Position numbers and translations under genes: made by a program. A stretch of DNA of 50,072 nucleotides, filler included, from Bipalium vagum (lineage: Eukaryota): assembly GCA_037834085.1 (NCBI GenBank). It is 3 parts of 3 records of this genome, joined end to end, with 100 filler letters (N's around TTAATTAATTAA, not from the genome) between each part and the next. Parts side by side here need not be neighbours in the genome. Positions count along the whole stretch, not along the records: positions 32,730 to 50,072 come from JBBMKC010070295.1; 2 more parts are not named here. One strand, 5' to 3'. This document shows, in pieces, positions 34,351 through 47,500 of the stretch (the first letter of the stretch is position 1; every line of letters starts with the position of its first letter). A model generated the notes under the pieces. The model was not told the origin of the DNA, did not search any database, and worked only from the letters and a program-made list of their open reading frames with translations.

Positions 34351-35927
34351 ATGCAAAAATTAATTTTTATTTTCTTTATTTTTTTTAGTGGTAATTATAA
34401 TTGATTTACTGCATAAATGAAATAACGTTTTTCAGCTGCGAAATGCACATTTGGTCAAGAAAATGAAAATGAAAAATCGACCATAACGAGTTCATCCACA
34501 AAATACAGTTCAACGACAAAGAAAATTGAAACGACTACAACTCCTACTCCGAGCACAAGTAAAAGCTCGACTTCACATTCAAAATCTTCAAAAACTACCG
34601 TCACTTCGACTCCAACCATTACAACAACCCATAGTTCAAAGTCATCCTCTCCGACTACAAAATCTTCAGCAACTACCGTCACTTCGACTCCAACCATTAC
34701 AACAACCCATAGTTCAAAGTCATCCTCTCCGACTACAAAATCTTCAGCAACTACCGTCACTTCGACTCCAACCATNNNNNNNNNNNNNNNNNNNNNNNNN
34801 NNNNNNNNNNNNNNNNNNNNNNNNNNNNNNNNNNNNNNNNNNNNNNNNNNNNNNNNNNNNNNNNNNNNNNNNNNNCCATAGTTCAAAGTCATCCTCTCCG
34901 ACTACAAAATCTTCAGCAACTACCGTCACTTCGACTCCAACCATCACAACAAGTCATGGTTCAAAGCCATCCTCTGAGACTACAAAATCTACAACTACAA
35001 CGCTTACTCCGTCTCCATCTGTCACGACAAGTCATGGTTCAAAGCCATCCTCTGAGACTACAAAATCTTCAACGACAACGCTTACTCCGTCTCCATCTGT
35101 CACGACAAGTCATGGTTCAAGTTCTTCTTCAGGTACTACAAAACATTCAACAATAACAGTCACTTCGTCTGCATCCATCACAACAATCCATAGTTCAAAT
35201 TCATCCTCTCAGACCACAGAATCTTCAAAGACAACACTCACTCCGTTTCCATCTGTCACGACAAGCCATGGTTCAGATTCTTCCTCAGCTACAACAGAAC
35301 ATTCAAAACCAACATTAACTTCGTCTTCTTCTGTTGAAACAACCACAATTCATCATGAGGTAATTCAAAATTGAAAATATTATTAAATGTGAGTTCGGCA
35401 CAACTGAATAAAATAAAAACAATAATATTTTTTTATTATTAAAAAAATTCATTATATCATTTTATAAACGTTTTATCTATTCCTTTGTCAGACGTTCCAA
35501 TTGGTTTGAGTATAACCAATTTCTCGAACCTCAAATTCAGTAGGATTATTATTTTTCATATTTTTCACAAAACATTTTTATTCAACATTTTTTTAAAAAT
35601 CTTAGAAAATTTTTTCTAAAAAATTAAATAATTCAAAAATTTTATATTAATAATAATTCATTTAATTCAGAAAAAGACCGAAATTTTTGATTGGTGGAAA
35701 ATTGCTGTAATCATAATAGCAATAATTGTATTCATCCTAATCACCATAATTGCAGTATGTTGTATGTTAAAGAGGAAGAAAAGGTATTCCTTTTTCGATA
35801 TTATATTTATATTATTTTTTTTAGAATAATTGTCAGTAGCACTGCGAATTATGGTAGTATCAGTGAAGAAGTGAAAGTCGATATCGAAACGGGACACGTG
35901 AAGAAAAATTCCAAGAAATTAATTTAA
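34351..35927 (+). CDS. Mucin-like type I transmembrane protein A; exons 34351-34390, 34436-35359 (N gap 34776-34875), 35671-35783, 35825-35927
   Basis: Signal peptide MQKLIFIFFIFFSAAKCTFG, Ser/Thr-rich 26-aa repeats, TM exon KKTEIFDWWKIAVIIIAIIVFILITIIAVCCMLKRKKR, and a short tail with NYGSI. GT-AG introns have phases 1, 0, 2. Confidence 0.85.
34594..35330 (+). repeat. 78-bp coding tandem repeat (TTVTSTPTITTTHSSKSSSPTTKSSA), degenerating toward the 3' end; copy number unresolved
   Basis: Unit starts at 34594, 34672 and 34750; a 100-N gap lies inside the array. Confidence 0.9.
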
Positions 35928-36200
35928 TTGATACATTAAAACAATTTTAACTGATTTTAGAGTAGAGGAAAATGTGCATTATTTTATTACGTTAATTGTG
36001 TATGTAAATAATTAAAGTTTTATTGTATTAGTCAATTTTCAGTGGTATATTTTGTTTAAATCAAATTGAATATCAGTATCATTATCATCTTACAATCCAG
36101 TAACCGTGAATTCTATGATAATAAGAGACTTACAAAGTCTGTACAGTAAGCAAAACCCGTCTTATTACTTTTTCAAAAATTCAATTTAAGACTCTTAATA

Positions 36201-36279
36201 CACTTAAGCTTTGTATAACACGATGATATGGTTCTGGAAAATGACTTATACAAATCCGTGTTATGCAGGGTTAGAAGTG
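36201..36279. mobile_element. 79-bp TA-flanked MITE, probably pogo/Tigger-related
   Basis: Imperfect TIRs CACTTAAGCTTTGTATAACACGA and (rc) CACTTCTAACCCTGCATAACACGG, with TA on both sides. The AAATCCGTGTTAT motif recurs upstream of the neighbouring Tigger transposase (about 37298). Confidence 0.6.
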
Positions 36280-36419
36280 TATATAAAATTCGTCTTTGCG
36301 TTTCGAAATAATCGAAGTATCGTAGTAAGAATTTTTTTTATATTAATCAATAGACAAGAAGTATGTGTACTGACTTTAACAACATAAATATTCATCATGA
36401 GCACAGTTAATATTGTTAT

Positions 36420-37320
36420 AATAAACATAAGAGTACAGATATTCTTTCTTTCGCCACCTTGAATCTCTTAGCATTTTTTTCATTTTTTGATATTTAAGTT
36501 GGATTTGGTATATTTTTCCAACATAATCCAGTTTCATCCACATTGAATACCTGGTCTGGGTGTATCATTTATTTTGTTTAATTTCAACAAAATCTGAAGT
36601 AAATCTTTGAGCAGATTCGTTATCTTCCAGAATTTTTATATTATGTAATGAGAATCTTTTTCAATTTTTTCAACCAATCCTCTGTTAACATCGAAATCTG
36701 AAGGTGATTTTTGATCTTCTAATAATTGTTCAAGTCTCTTTAAATTATCATAAATGTTCAGTAACCTATTATGAATAATTTATATATATATGTGGTTTTG
36801 GCGCTGCAATCTTCTATCCATATTATTAGACCCATTTTCATCTTTTCGATTATTACTGGGAGTGTGTCAGCAGTATTTTCTTACTGTTGAAAGATAACGC
36901 CGAACGTATAGATCTAATTTTATTTTCATTTTTTGAATTATTCTAACTGTTGTCTCATTCACCATTAAATTTTTTGCAATAGACGATGGTTTCTCATCAT
37001 TTTTGATTGAATCTAGGATATTAATCTTTTCTGCGATGGAAATAAACTTTCTCTTCTTTTGAATTTTATCCTTAACGTTCGACATTTAATATTCAATTAA
37101 AATCCCGAGTTTTGTAAACTGACTCAAATCCAAAACATTTAAATGACCACAAAAATTTTTGCAATGTATTAGTCACAATTTTTTAGATTTGACAGTTTGA
37201 AAATTGTTAAATTTTTAGTTCATTAATCGATCAGTTTTACCAAAACTATATTCTTATATAAATTGAAATAGAAAATAGAAATTACATAGTTTTTGTAAAA
37301 TCCGTGTTATAAATTTTTTT
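36420..37320 (-). mobile_element. pogo/Tigger (TIGD1-like) transposase pseudogene
   Basis: CENP-B-type HTH KRKFISIAEKINILDSIK..SSIAKNL.VNETTVR from ATG 37085, then IIWIEDC, RFSLHNIK, PDQVFNVDETGLLWK and RFKVAKERISVL. Confidence 0.88.
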
Positions 37321-37857
37321 AACTCAGTTTGTAAAACTAAAACTAATCTTCATTTATTGGATTTTTGTTTTTCGGTTTATTATTTGTAAACAACAAGTCT
37401 TCCATTGGATCTGAACTACAAGAACCAGTTTTGAGATACTTTGAAATCATTTTGAATTTAATGTTGGAGTTTGAAAACGTAATCATCATTTGGAAACAAT
37501 TTTTTATGCTGGATATCTTACTTTTTAATTAACTTCTTCTTTCGCAATAATTTTTAATTTCTCTTCTTCAATTTATGTGGTAATCCACTTCTTTATCAAA
37601 CATATTGCTCCTGCCAAGAAAAACTAATTGATTCAATTATAAATAGTTGTTTCATTTACATATGCCTCATATTACTAATAAATATTTACCTTTTCTATCC
37701 TCCTTTCTATTATTAGTACTTTCGCAAATATAAATATTTTATAAATAAAAATAATTAATAAAGTAATTTATTGGTATAAATATGAAAATTATTAAAAAAT
37801 CAAAACATCTCTTAAAAGATTAGTTGAAGTAAATTATTAGGCGCACAATATCGTACA

Positions 37858-38860
37858 TTATTTCTTATAAGCATTATTTGGATATCCTTCTTCCCCTTGA
37901 AAGTTGACATCATTTGACAGGGTATTGAATTGAGCCGTAAAATTCCTTGAATCACTTTTATAAAAATTTAAACAGTAATTATAAATAATAATAATAAAGT
38001 AAAATACTGCTTTTTTTTCAAAAAATAGTAAATTAAGAAAGCAACCAAAGCGACCACTACTATTACACAGACAACGATTACAGCAATAGCCCAGTCTGGA
38101 AATTTTTTCTAAAAATTAAATATATTTTATTTGTTTATTATCAATATATCATTAATTGTGAAAAGAATTGTAAAAATTGATTATTATTAAAAAAATTATT
38201 ATTATTGTGACGAAAATATTTACTGAAGGAGTTGTTGTTGGTGCAAATGTAGTTTGGGAGGTGGTGAATGTGCTTTGGGAACCATTTGTAAAATATTCTC
38301 TCGTAGTTACATCAGTATTAGTTATTGGTGCAATTGTAGTTTGGGAAGTGGTAAATGGGCTTTTGTTATCAGTTGTAATATATTTTGTTGCAGTTCCATC
38401 AGTATTAGTTGTAGTTTGGGAAGTGGTGAATGGGTTTTTGCTACCAGTTGTAATATATTTCGTTGCAGTTCCATCAGTATTAGTTGTAGTTTGGGATGTG
38501 GTGAATGGGCTTTTGTTACCAGTTGTAATGGTCGATGTTAAGCTGCTTTGGGTTGTAACGCTTGGGCTTGGACTACTAGTAGTTCTAACGCTGGAAGTTA
38601 AACTGGATTCTGTTATAACACTTGTAATTTCGTCCGTCCTAGTACTGCTTGTAGAGGACGTTTCTGAACTTATTTCAGATAAAAGATTATCGGGTGATGG
38701 TTTTGATTGAGGTAAATCACCGTTACCATTAAATATTGAATGTTGTCCTCGTATGTTATAGGGCTGGAAACAAACAAAACCTTAATTATAATAAGAAAAC
38801 AAATAAATAATAACAAAATCAGTTACCGAAAATAACAAAGACTATGTAAGACTTGATCAT
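37858..38860 (-). CDS. Mucin-like type I transmembrane protein B; exons 38860-38827, 38780-38224, 38108-38008, 37954-37858
   Basis: Signal MIKSYIVFVIFGFVCFQPYNIRG, S/T-rich ectodomain with 25-aa repeats (ITTGNKSPFTTSQTTTNTDGTATKY), TM exon KKFPDWAIAVIVVCVIVVVALVAFLIYYFLKKK, and tail ..GEEGYPNNAYKK*. Fully open after splicing, phases 1, 0, 2. Confidence 0.88.
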
Positions 38861-39749
38861 TTTTAATTTTCCTGCATTAAGTATCGGTATTATAAAAATT
38901 AGTTTTTTATGAAAATTATTTTGATCTTCGTACTCAACTATTACATACTCATAAGGCTGGATATTGACCCTAATGAATGTGACATAACAACTTCAAATAT
39001 TAAAATAACCTTTGATTCGAAAAACACATTCAACATATTTAGAAAGATATTGATTTTTTAATTTTTCAAAAATTTTCTGAAGTACCTTCTTTTACCCTTG
39101 TTTTTGATCCGAGACACCTTTATAAGTCTCGTCGTATTAATATTATTTTTATAATACTTTTTTATTGATATGTCAAAGAAAGATTTACATATTGCGGTCA
39201 TGTTTTTAATATATAACGTTTCACATTGATCATTTCATAATCAAATTGATTTTTTTTCATTGATTTATTGAGAATGTAAAGAATTAGAGATTGTGAAACC
39301 AATCTTTTATGTGTTTTGTTTACAATTTTTTATTAAATCACGTTCAAAAATTAAATTAACGTTTGAAATTAAATTAAAATCACATTATTTAATTTAAATG
39401 GAAATTTATCTTAAAATTTATGAATTTAAATAAAATTTTTCAACTTTATTATATATATTATATTAAAAATCGAATGTGTTTATTATATTATAATACCATT
39501 GTGTTTACAATATTATATTATCTTGGTGTAAAAACGTGAGGACTTCTCAATTATCAACCATTGAACAATTAATGGTAAGATTGGTTAATGTAAAATACTA
39601 ATTTTAATTTATGATTAATTTAATTTATTATTTAATTTACTAATTTATTCATTATTTTGTTATTCTGGATTATATTAGATTTTAATGTAATTATTCGTGA
39701 TTTTGAATAATATATACATTTAGTAATAAAACATTTTTTTAACAAATAA

Positions 39750-40200
39750 TAAGAAAAATCCAATCGATGTATTTTCGGATATTGTGTTTGGTCTTCATTC
39801 ATTTTTCAATCAGTTTGGTTGAAATCTTTATTCCATAAATTGCTAGATCTGCTCAAAATGAAATTGATCAACATTTAAGGTTCTCCTCAAAATTAATGTC
39901 TTTCGTTTGGTTATAAAAAGAGCGAGAAAATAGAAATGTGATGGATCAAGTTTTAGGGAATATGGAGGGTGCTGAAAAATCCCCAATCGGTTTTGAATAT
40001 ATTTCCTGTGAAAAGTTATTATAGATGTCAGCGCACCGAACTTTAATAAGGTTTCTATTGGCTAAGTCTCACTTCTGAGCTCAGATATTAACAAAAACTC
40101 TGCAATACTTTTATTGAATAATATATAGGAATACAACCCTTTAATTATGCCGACGATTTTCACAATCACTCAGCAATCAAACTTCTCATTTAAACTGCTG
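39750..40200 (-). mobile_element. Degraded mariner remnant
   Basis: The minus strand shows HPPYSLKL at about 39950-39975; little else is readable. Confidence 0.4.
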
Positions 40201-40469
40201 TGCCAGAATTCCGCTGGTCAACATAGTTATTGTTGGAGATCTTTGGGCAAAAAGTATAGATTTTACGTTCGATTATATAGAAATTTTTTATTTTTATTTA
40301 ACTTTCCTGATTGGAAAGATAAACTGTCAATAATGTTGTGCTTTCTCTAAAATAAATTTTTCTAAAAATAAATGTAATTTTTTAAATTTTCAAAAAATAA
40401 TTTTAATTTAAGGTAGCATACTACTCATTAAATATCAGTAGCTGTGCCTAAACTAATATATATAATTTT

Positions 40470-40745
40470 CTTTAAAGTTAAATTAATATTTTGGTGTATT
40501 AGAGTCCAGCTGATTAATCTGTGGGTATTATCTCGGTTTTCCAATAGTCATTGTAAAGGGTGTGATTAGTAAACAGAATTATTTTTGGTCTTCATAGATA
40601 ATGTCTAAACTTTTGAACGCAAAACTTATTGTTAAGGCTTACTTTTCAATTGCCGCATAATTTGTCCTGTGCTTCTTTAAGCCTTTGTTTTCGGAATGAA
40701 ATAACCTGCTCTTTTTTTCCTTCTTCTTTTCGACTAAATACATCC
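40470..40745 (-). mobile_element. Ty3/Gypsy RT-RNase H fragment
   Basis: EQVISFRKQRLKEAQ(fs)NYAAIEK*AL..VQKFRHYL..ILFTNH.PL..RLISWTL matches VIAYASR.L..AE.NY...EKE.LA....KFRHYL...TDH.PL...RL.RW.L. Confidence 0.8.
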
Positions 40746-41843
40746 TCGTGTGTATTCACTAGTTTCAATACAATTGTATTTTCCTCTCATTCTTAATATT
40801 CTTATCTATAATTACAACCATATCACTACTGAGTAAAATCCATATAAATATTTTCATTATGTATTTTTTACATAGTTGTACATCTGAGGTGGTTACACAT
40901 TTACATATATATCGGGTGTGTAACTGATCTTTACTTTTTATTCAGTGTTTTGTGTTCAAATACTGAATTAGTAGGTATGCTTATGCATCAGTTATGTTGT
41001 CTACTACGTGTGGGGATACATAAATGATTGTCTTTTATGTAAATAAGGAATAAAATACATACATGTAGAAATAATATTCTTTTGATCGACTTTTTGTCAT
41101 ATTTTTTATAAATGGTTGTAAGGATTAAATTTTAATTAATTTTAAATAATAAATCATGAATATTCTTTAAAAAATTTTTAAAGTAATATATAATTAAAAT
41201 TTAATCCTTTATTTAAAATAAATTTTTTAATAATTTTAATAGATTTAAAGGTTTTTTAAACAATTAAATAATTAAATTAATTTTAATAAAAGTCTCAGAT
41301 AATTAAATTGTTTAAGTAAATAAGAGGACACATATTCAGGCTATACAATTATTTTCATCAAATAAAAATGTTACCAAATCTTGAGTTTATGAATTCAGAA
41401 GCTGTAACTAACAATGGCGTTTGCTTTTTATTTCTTTTTAACAAAGAAATATGTAAAGTTGACGAAAGGAAAATTTTGCATTTGGGAGGTGAAAAATGGT
41501 TTATGAACTTCCATGATTCTCATATTTACAAGAGAATGAAGATAAGGGATTTCCACCACTGCTGGAACCAGGCCTCAAAAAGAAGTGCGGAATTTAGGAA
41601 AGGATCCTTGATTATTAGCAGTGTTGGAGATACGGAATAATGGTGAATCCTTCTGATGTCTGACTAGGGAGCTGAGTTTAATTCTAGGAGGTCTTTTAAC
41701 CACCTGAAAAGATCCCATGTGGCTGAATCCCATCAGGAACAGTGGTTAATGGACAAGTCTGCTGATATCTTCATGCTAGCCTAGATGTTTTTACCAGGAA
41801 ACTAGGTTGAATTCCAGTTGAGACGCAGAGCTACTCCTCTCTT

Positions 41844-41905
41844 GATGATCCCATGATGATCCCATGATGATCCCATGATGATCCCATGATGATCCCATGA
41901 TGATC
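41844..41905. repeat. 11-bp minisatellite (GATGATCCCAT)x5 plus a partial unit, in a GC-richer, probably retroelement-derived segment
   Basis: Directly visible. Confidence 0.9.
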
Positions 41906-42799
41906 TCCTCTAGCAGAATACTCTGTTTCTCCTCATGTTAGCCTGGTCCTGATGAGTTCGTGAAAAATTGGAAAAAAATATTATAAAAATCAAAAACGGA
42001 GCAATACAATCAAAGATATGAAAATATTTGAATACAATGAAATTATAGAAGATAAAAAATTTTATGATGTATATTAATGTCGTAAAGCGTTTTGAATAAA
42101 TAAATAAAAATAAATTGGAGATTTACTTATTTTAGTAGATCTACAGTAGTATGTAAAACCAGACTTTGAGGACAGGACCCCTACTTTTATTATTTTTTTA
42201 CTCACTCCCAGATGGGGGCTCCCTCAAAAAATAAAAAACGATGGGGAATATTTTTTTACTCTTACCCCTAACCCTCAAAATAGAAAAAATATTTCATCTC
42301 CTCAACGTCTGGTTTTACTACTTCATTTATTATATTCTTATATTACTAGTTTTTAAAAACTTAAAAATATCAATTTTTTTCTTAAAAAATAAAATTAAAA
42401 AATCACTAAATAAAATAGAAAAAAATTAAATTTTTTCTTAAAAAATGGAAACCAAAAGAAACGATTTAAGTGACCTATCAAATCTAGAATTAAAGAAAAT
42501 TGAAAATAAATTTCCACAAAATAAATATTATTAAATATATTTACGAGCGAAAATTTTTAATTTTAGAAGAAAAAGATTTAAAACCTTATTTTAAAGATTT
42601 ATTATGGTTAATAGATAATTGCACATTTGAACCATATCAAAATAAAATAAAAGAACAACATTAAAATCTGAATGAATAGAAAGGAAGAAAATCAGTAAAA
42701 TATTGTTTAACATCCGGGTTCAATTTATCAAATCAATCGGAGAAAAATGATATCATATCTTTATTAGTTGCATAATAAAAGAATCCAAATTTAAAATTA

Positions 42800-43180
42800 A
42801 AAATGAGAAATGGACATTTAAAGAAAATCGAAGAATTAATAACAATGAAAGGCTATTGTGAATTTAATGTAGAGAATATCATCGAAAGCGAAAATTGAAA
42901 AGCTATACAAAGATATGATAAGAGATTCGACAATAGATGAGAAATGTAAAAAAGAAAAAACCAAAACGTTTAAAAGAGCAACAGAAACATATATAAAAAA
43001 TAATAAATATCTGAATAAAAAGAAGATATAATGAAAAAATTGAGCAAAAGATCTGATTATTACAAAGTTTGATAAAGAAAACGGCTATATGAACAAAGAC
43101 CAATATTTAGATAAAGTTAATAGCATTCTAAATTGTGATAAATTCAAAAAATTGAAACTTAAAAGCATTAGCATAGAAGA
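42800..43180 (+). mobile_element. Penelope-like retroelement fragment (region just N-terminal to RT)
   Basis: DLIITKFDKENGYMNKDQYLDKVNSILNCDKFKKLK resembles the PLE motif DIII.K.DKGN.VV.MDK.DY..K...L.D..Y..L. Confidence 0.65.
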
Positions 43181-43466
43181 CTAAAACGTCAATAAAATAT
43201 CTTTTATTTACATTTCAAATGATCAAATCTACAATTATTTCGATATTTACAGGGTGGCCCAAAACTTATGGACGGCATTGAATACAAAATGTAATTTAAG
43301 TCGTAAATTTGTTAGATTTTAAAAATTATTTAAATAATTACATAATAATATATTTAGAATAGATAAGCAAAGATGATCCTGGAGTATTAGAACGGAATTT
43401 TCACCAAATTTTCTAATCGATATGAATTTAAACAGTTTAAGTGTATTTCTTAGTTTTCCTTTTATA

Positions 43467-43545
43467 TTAGGTGTTCCAGTATGAAATGTCGTTTTTTAAT
43501 CTAAATTTCCACGAAAAATACGACATTTCATACTGGACAACCTAA
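43467..43545. mobile_element. 79-bp mariner MITE with Mos1-like TIRs
   Basis: TTAGGTGTTCCAGTATGAAATGTCGT versus (rc) TTAGGTTGTCCAGTATGAAATGTCGT (24/26 identical); TA at 43465-66 and 43546-47. Confidence 0.92.
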
Positions 43546-44573
43546 TATTTAATTTTTCTGGTTTTTAATATTTCATTTTTACTCAAGAAATTTTAAATGG
43601 TTGAATAAATTTATATTTAATAAAAATTTGATAACAAAATTTATTCTTAACATATTTACAATAATATTTAATTATATATACATATTAATTCATCTTAAAT
43701 AAATTTAAAATATTTTTATTATTATTATCTTGAATATTTTTTAATTCCATTTTACTGAATTTAAAACTTTATTTATAATTATATTTTTCAGTTATCTACA
43801 AATTTAATTTCGTTTATATAGAATCATTTCCAGGTAATTCCTTAAAAATATCATTATCAATTTTATTCAAAGTTTCCTTATGATTTCTAGATTTGAACGG
43901 AATTTCAATCGTCATTTTTATAATAATAAAATGCTTATTACGTAAAAAATCAAAACCAAATTGGGTTTATTCAATATTTGTAAAAATTAAATAAGTTGTT
44001 ATGGGTGTGGGTGTTTAAAAAAAACTTAAAACCAAATTGGATTTAATCAAAATTCAGTTTTCGAAATAAAAACTCTAAACTAAATTGGATTTCTAAGTAA
44101 TAAAATATTCAATTTTCAAAAATTTTAAAAATCAAATTTTTTGGTGTTAGATGCAACCTTTAATTTACACACATAAAAATGAATTTAAATCAGAGTTTAT
44201 TATTTCTATCTTCAATTTATCGAACTCCGGTATTAGCGCATGAAGTTAAACTCTTAATGAACCCCAAAATTTGATTTTTATTGATCGCCACTTATAAATG
44301 ATAAAAGTCGCCACTCTTTCTTTAATATTATTGATATTATACTGTACCAAATATATTTTCAAAGTGATTTTACAGTTAGACAATGGTTGTCATGGTTGAT
44401 TGTCTTTACATATTAAAAATTAAATACAAACATACAAGTTAGATTCAATTTGAGTATATCTAGACAGTAACTCAGTTAATTGAATTTCAAAATAATTTTA
44501 AAAATACAATTTTTAAAATATAATCTCAAAATATTATACATAGGCATGAAAAGAATGATTAAAAATGAAACAA

Positions 44574-47500
44574 TCAAAGGACATTGGTCAACAAATTATT
44601 ATTATTAGTTTTGTTAGATCCTTTTAATGACCGAAAAGGTTGTAATAATTCTGGATAATTGTCATTAATTGATTCCTTTTCACCATTTAATTGAGAAATT
44701 ACATCACCTATAACTTTCTTAATTTTATCCATGTGCTTTTCCGAAAAGGATTTTGACTTCTTATACTTGCCTTTTTCATTGTTGATTTTTAATGACTTCG
44801 TTTCTTTTTCATTTACATCTCCAACAATTTCATGTTCCGCAGTATCAGTACCCCACCAACTTTGCCTGCAATTTGACTTTGAAGTCGATCTCGAATGGTT
44901 TTTTTCCTTTTCATCTTTAACACTCACAGACTTATCAGCAATAGACAAGGTATTTGATTTCTCATTCATTCGCTGTTCAATTTCAGTGCTTGTAGTCTTA
45001 TTCAAATCAAAAATTTGCTTATCACTTTGAATTATATTTGTTTGTTTTTCAACTTCTGAACCTGAATCATTATAATTGGTACTAAATATAGTTTTTTTAT
45101 GATTCAAATTTGAGCCTGAGCATGATACCAATGGCGTACCTGTTTGTCGAAGGCTAGCTTGATTAGAGAACATTTCCTGGCGTTTTATGGCGAAAATTTC
45201 ATGCAACTTTTTCACCTGTTTAACATTAAATTTTTCGTTTTTCATTTTCTTTGTACGCCTCTCATTGATTATACTACCACTACTTTTGAAAAAACTCCTT
45301 TCATTTAAAGAAACACGCGATTTTTTGGATTTTTCTTTCACTTTCTTCGATGATTGAAAATTTTTTGGCGTAGAAAACAACTTTGGGTTAAATTTTGAAA
45401 CATTTACTGATTTGTTGACGAACTGATTATTGTTGCGAATATTTTCTCTTTGAATGAACGACGGATCAGAAGATTTTTTACTTTTAATAAATGTTTTAGC
45501 TTTGGCCGATTCTGATATTTCTTTACTCGATTTATCAATAGTATGAGAGGTAGTCTCTTTCTGATCAGGCTGCTTGGTAGTGTTCTGAACTGATTTTAGA
45601 TTAAGCTCAATTTTACTATTTATTCTATATATTGAGTTTTCAACAGGTATATTCATAATTGGTTCTTTCTCATATAACGATAACGGAATGGTACTCGTTT
45701 TATTATCGTTATCCTTAGGATGCCTTGTACTGACCGAATTCTTCTGTAAAACAGTAGTCTTACCGGACTGTTCTTTCAAAGATTGTTTCAAATCCGTACT
45801 ATAACCTCGTATTCCACCAATCTCGTTAGAAAAAGAATTTAAACTACTCATTTTCAGTAATTCGACATTTTCCCACCGTTTTGTCAATCTTGTACAACTT
45901 TTCAAAGTCACTTTACAATCATCAATTTGATCGCCATCAATATCTTCATCATCAATATCAGTTTTCAACCTTCTTTTGAAAATAGATGGTGTAGTACGAT
46001 TAAAATCTTGTAGCAGGATATGTTCATTTTGAAAAAATGATTTAGGATTGACCTGCTGATTTTGATCATTCAAAGTGTTTTTGTTACCAGTCGATTGCAA
46101 ACATAAATTTACATTTTCGTTCAGATATTTTGTCTGATCTTTTCCTTTAGGATTATCAAAAGATTTAATCCTACAATCAATAATTTTCAAATTGCACTCT
46201 ACCTGTTCCCGTGAAACATTTTCCTCATCCTTACTGCAATCATTACCACTGTCTATTTGTAATACTCTTACATCCGATCTCAATATTCTTCGACAAAACT
46301 TTTCTCCAACATCATCTTCGTTTAGACATAGGTCACTAGGTTCTTTATCGATTTTAAAATTTATATTTTTCTTAGCACATCGATCGCAAGAAATTGATGA
46401 TTTCTTCTCATTCACTAAACGACCGTTAATTATTTTATTTTTTCTCGATGGTTTAATGCAATCAATATCACAATTTTCTTCGGTGTCAGAACTGATTCTA
46501 GGAATTTTACGAGATCCTTTTCTGAAAACAGAATTTTCAAACGAATCCAAAGAGCTTCCATCGATTATTTCAAACTCAGATGGATAGTTTTCTAAATTCA
46601 AATTCACACTAGAAAGTAAATTGTTAGCACTTTCACTTTCGTTTGATAAATATAAATTTATATTTGGTTTAAGACTATGATTTTCAGAAGAATGTAAGGA
46701 AACAAAATTAGATTTTAAAATTGATTCCGTTGATTTTGTATTATTATTCAGCACGTTATAATTGGGTTTTATTGTTATTTTAGAGTTTTTAGATTTTTTT
46801 GTACAATTAACATTTGTATTTTTTCTGGAACCGATCAAAGTCGAAGATCTGGTGGTAACGGAGATATCATTTTTGTTCTGGGACGACTCAGAAAAATTAT
46901 AATCAGATTCCAATATTTTAATTTTTGGACATGCTGAAAGAGTTGAAAAGACTTCTGTAGAGCTTTTCTCTAAATCAGAACGTTTTCTCTTACTTACAGA
47001 ATTAAGAGCGTTAGAAACAACAGATTGCGGAGTTTTACTATGTCTCATCCTAGATATGGAGGAGTTTGAAATTATCTTTTTTATCGATGGAGTGATACAT
47101 GAATTGTTTTTGTCCCTGTTCCCAATACCATCATTTTTGATTTTTGATAAATCAGATTTCGAATTAATTGGTGATTGGAATAAAAAATTATTATGAGCAG
47201 AACAAAGATTTTTTTCTATCATAATCACCGGATCGAAAAAAATTGTTCCTGAAATACCTGAGCGCAGTTTCATTCCCAAAGTAGATGAATTTGAAATTGA
47301 ATGCTCTTTGGTTTTTTGTGTGATAAACGATTCTTGCTGTTTTTTGTTACTAATATCCTCGTCAAAGTCACCCGTCACATTTTTCTGTGAAATTGTTGAT
47401 GTTTCTTTTTTAACTTCCGAAGTCGAGATTGCAAAATCAGAAATGTCATGTTTTGAATCATCTGAACGCAATTTCCATCTCGGGGTGGAAGAAAATTGCA

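Noticed and set aside
34455-34947. Val-rich minus-strand ORFs and the Leu/Gln-rich alternative-frame ORFs
   Set aside because: They are antisense or off-frame shadows of the mucin A repeat exon.
35492-35540. Extra small exon in mucin A intron 2
   Set aside because: It has a stop in phase 0, and the flanking exons already join in frame without it.
38177-38710. 177-aa hydrophobic plus-strand ORF resembling a multi-pass membrane protein
   Set aside because: It is the antisense of the Thr/Ser-rich exon of mucin B, which has proper splice sites, a signal peptide and a TM exon.
30837-41905. Tandem repeats (45, 78, 75 and 11 bp) as CRISPR arrays
   Set aside because: They are head-to-tail repeats without unique spacers, there are no cas genes, and the context is eukaryotic.
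41945-41975. CTGATGAG..GAAA as a hammerhead ribozyme near the Penelope fragment
   Set aside because: Stem III, the cleavage triplet and stem I complementarity could not be formed.
44850-44900. SRSTSKSNCRQSWW as a CENP-C motif
   Set aside because: The Arg-to-aromatic spacing does not fit, and no cupin domain follows.
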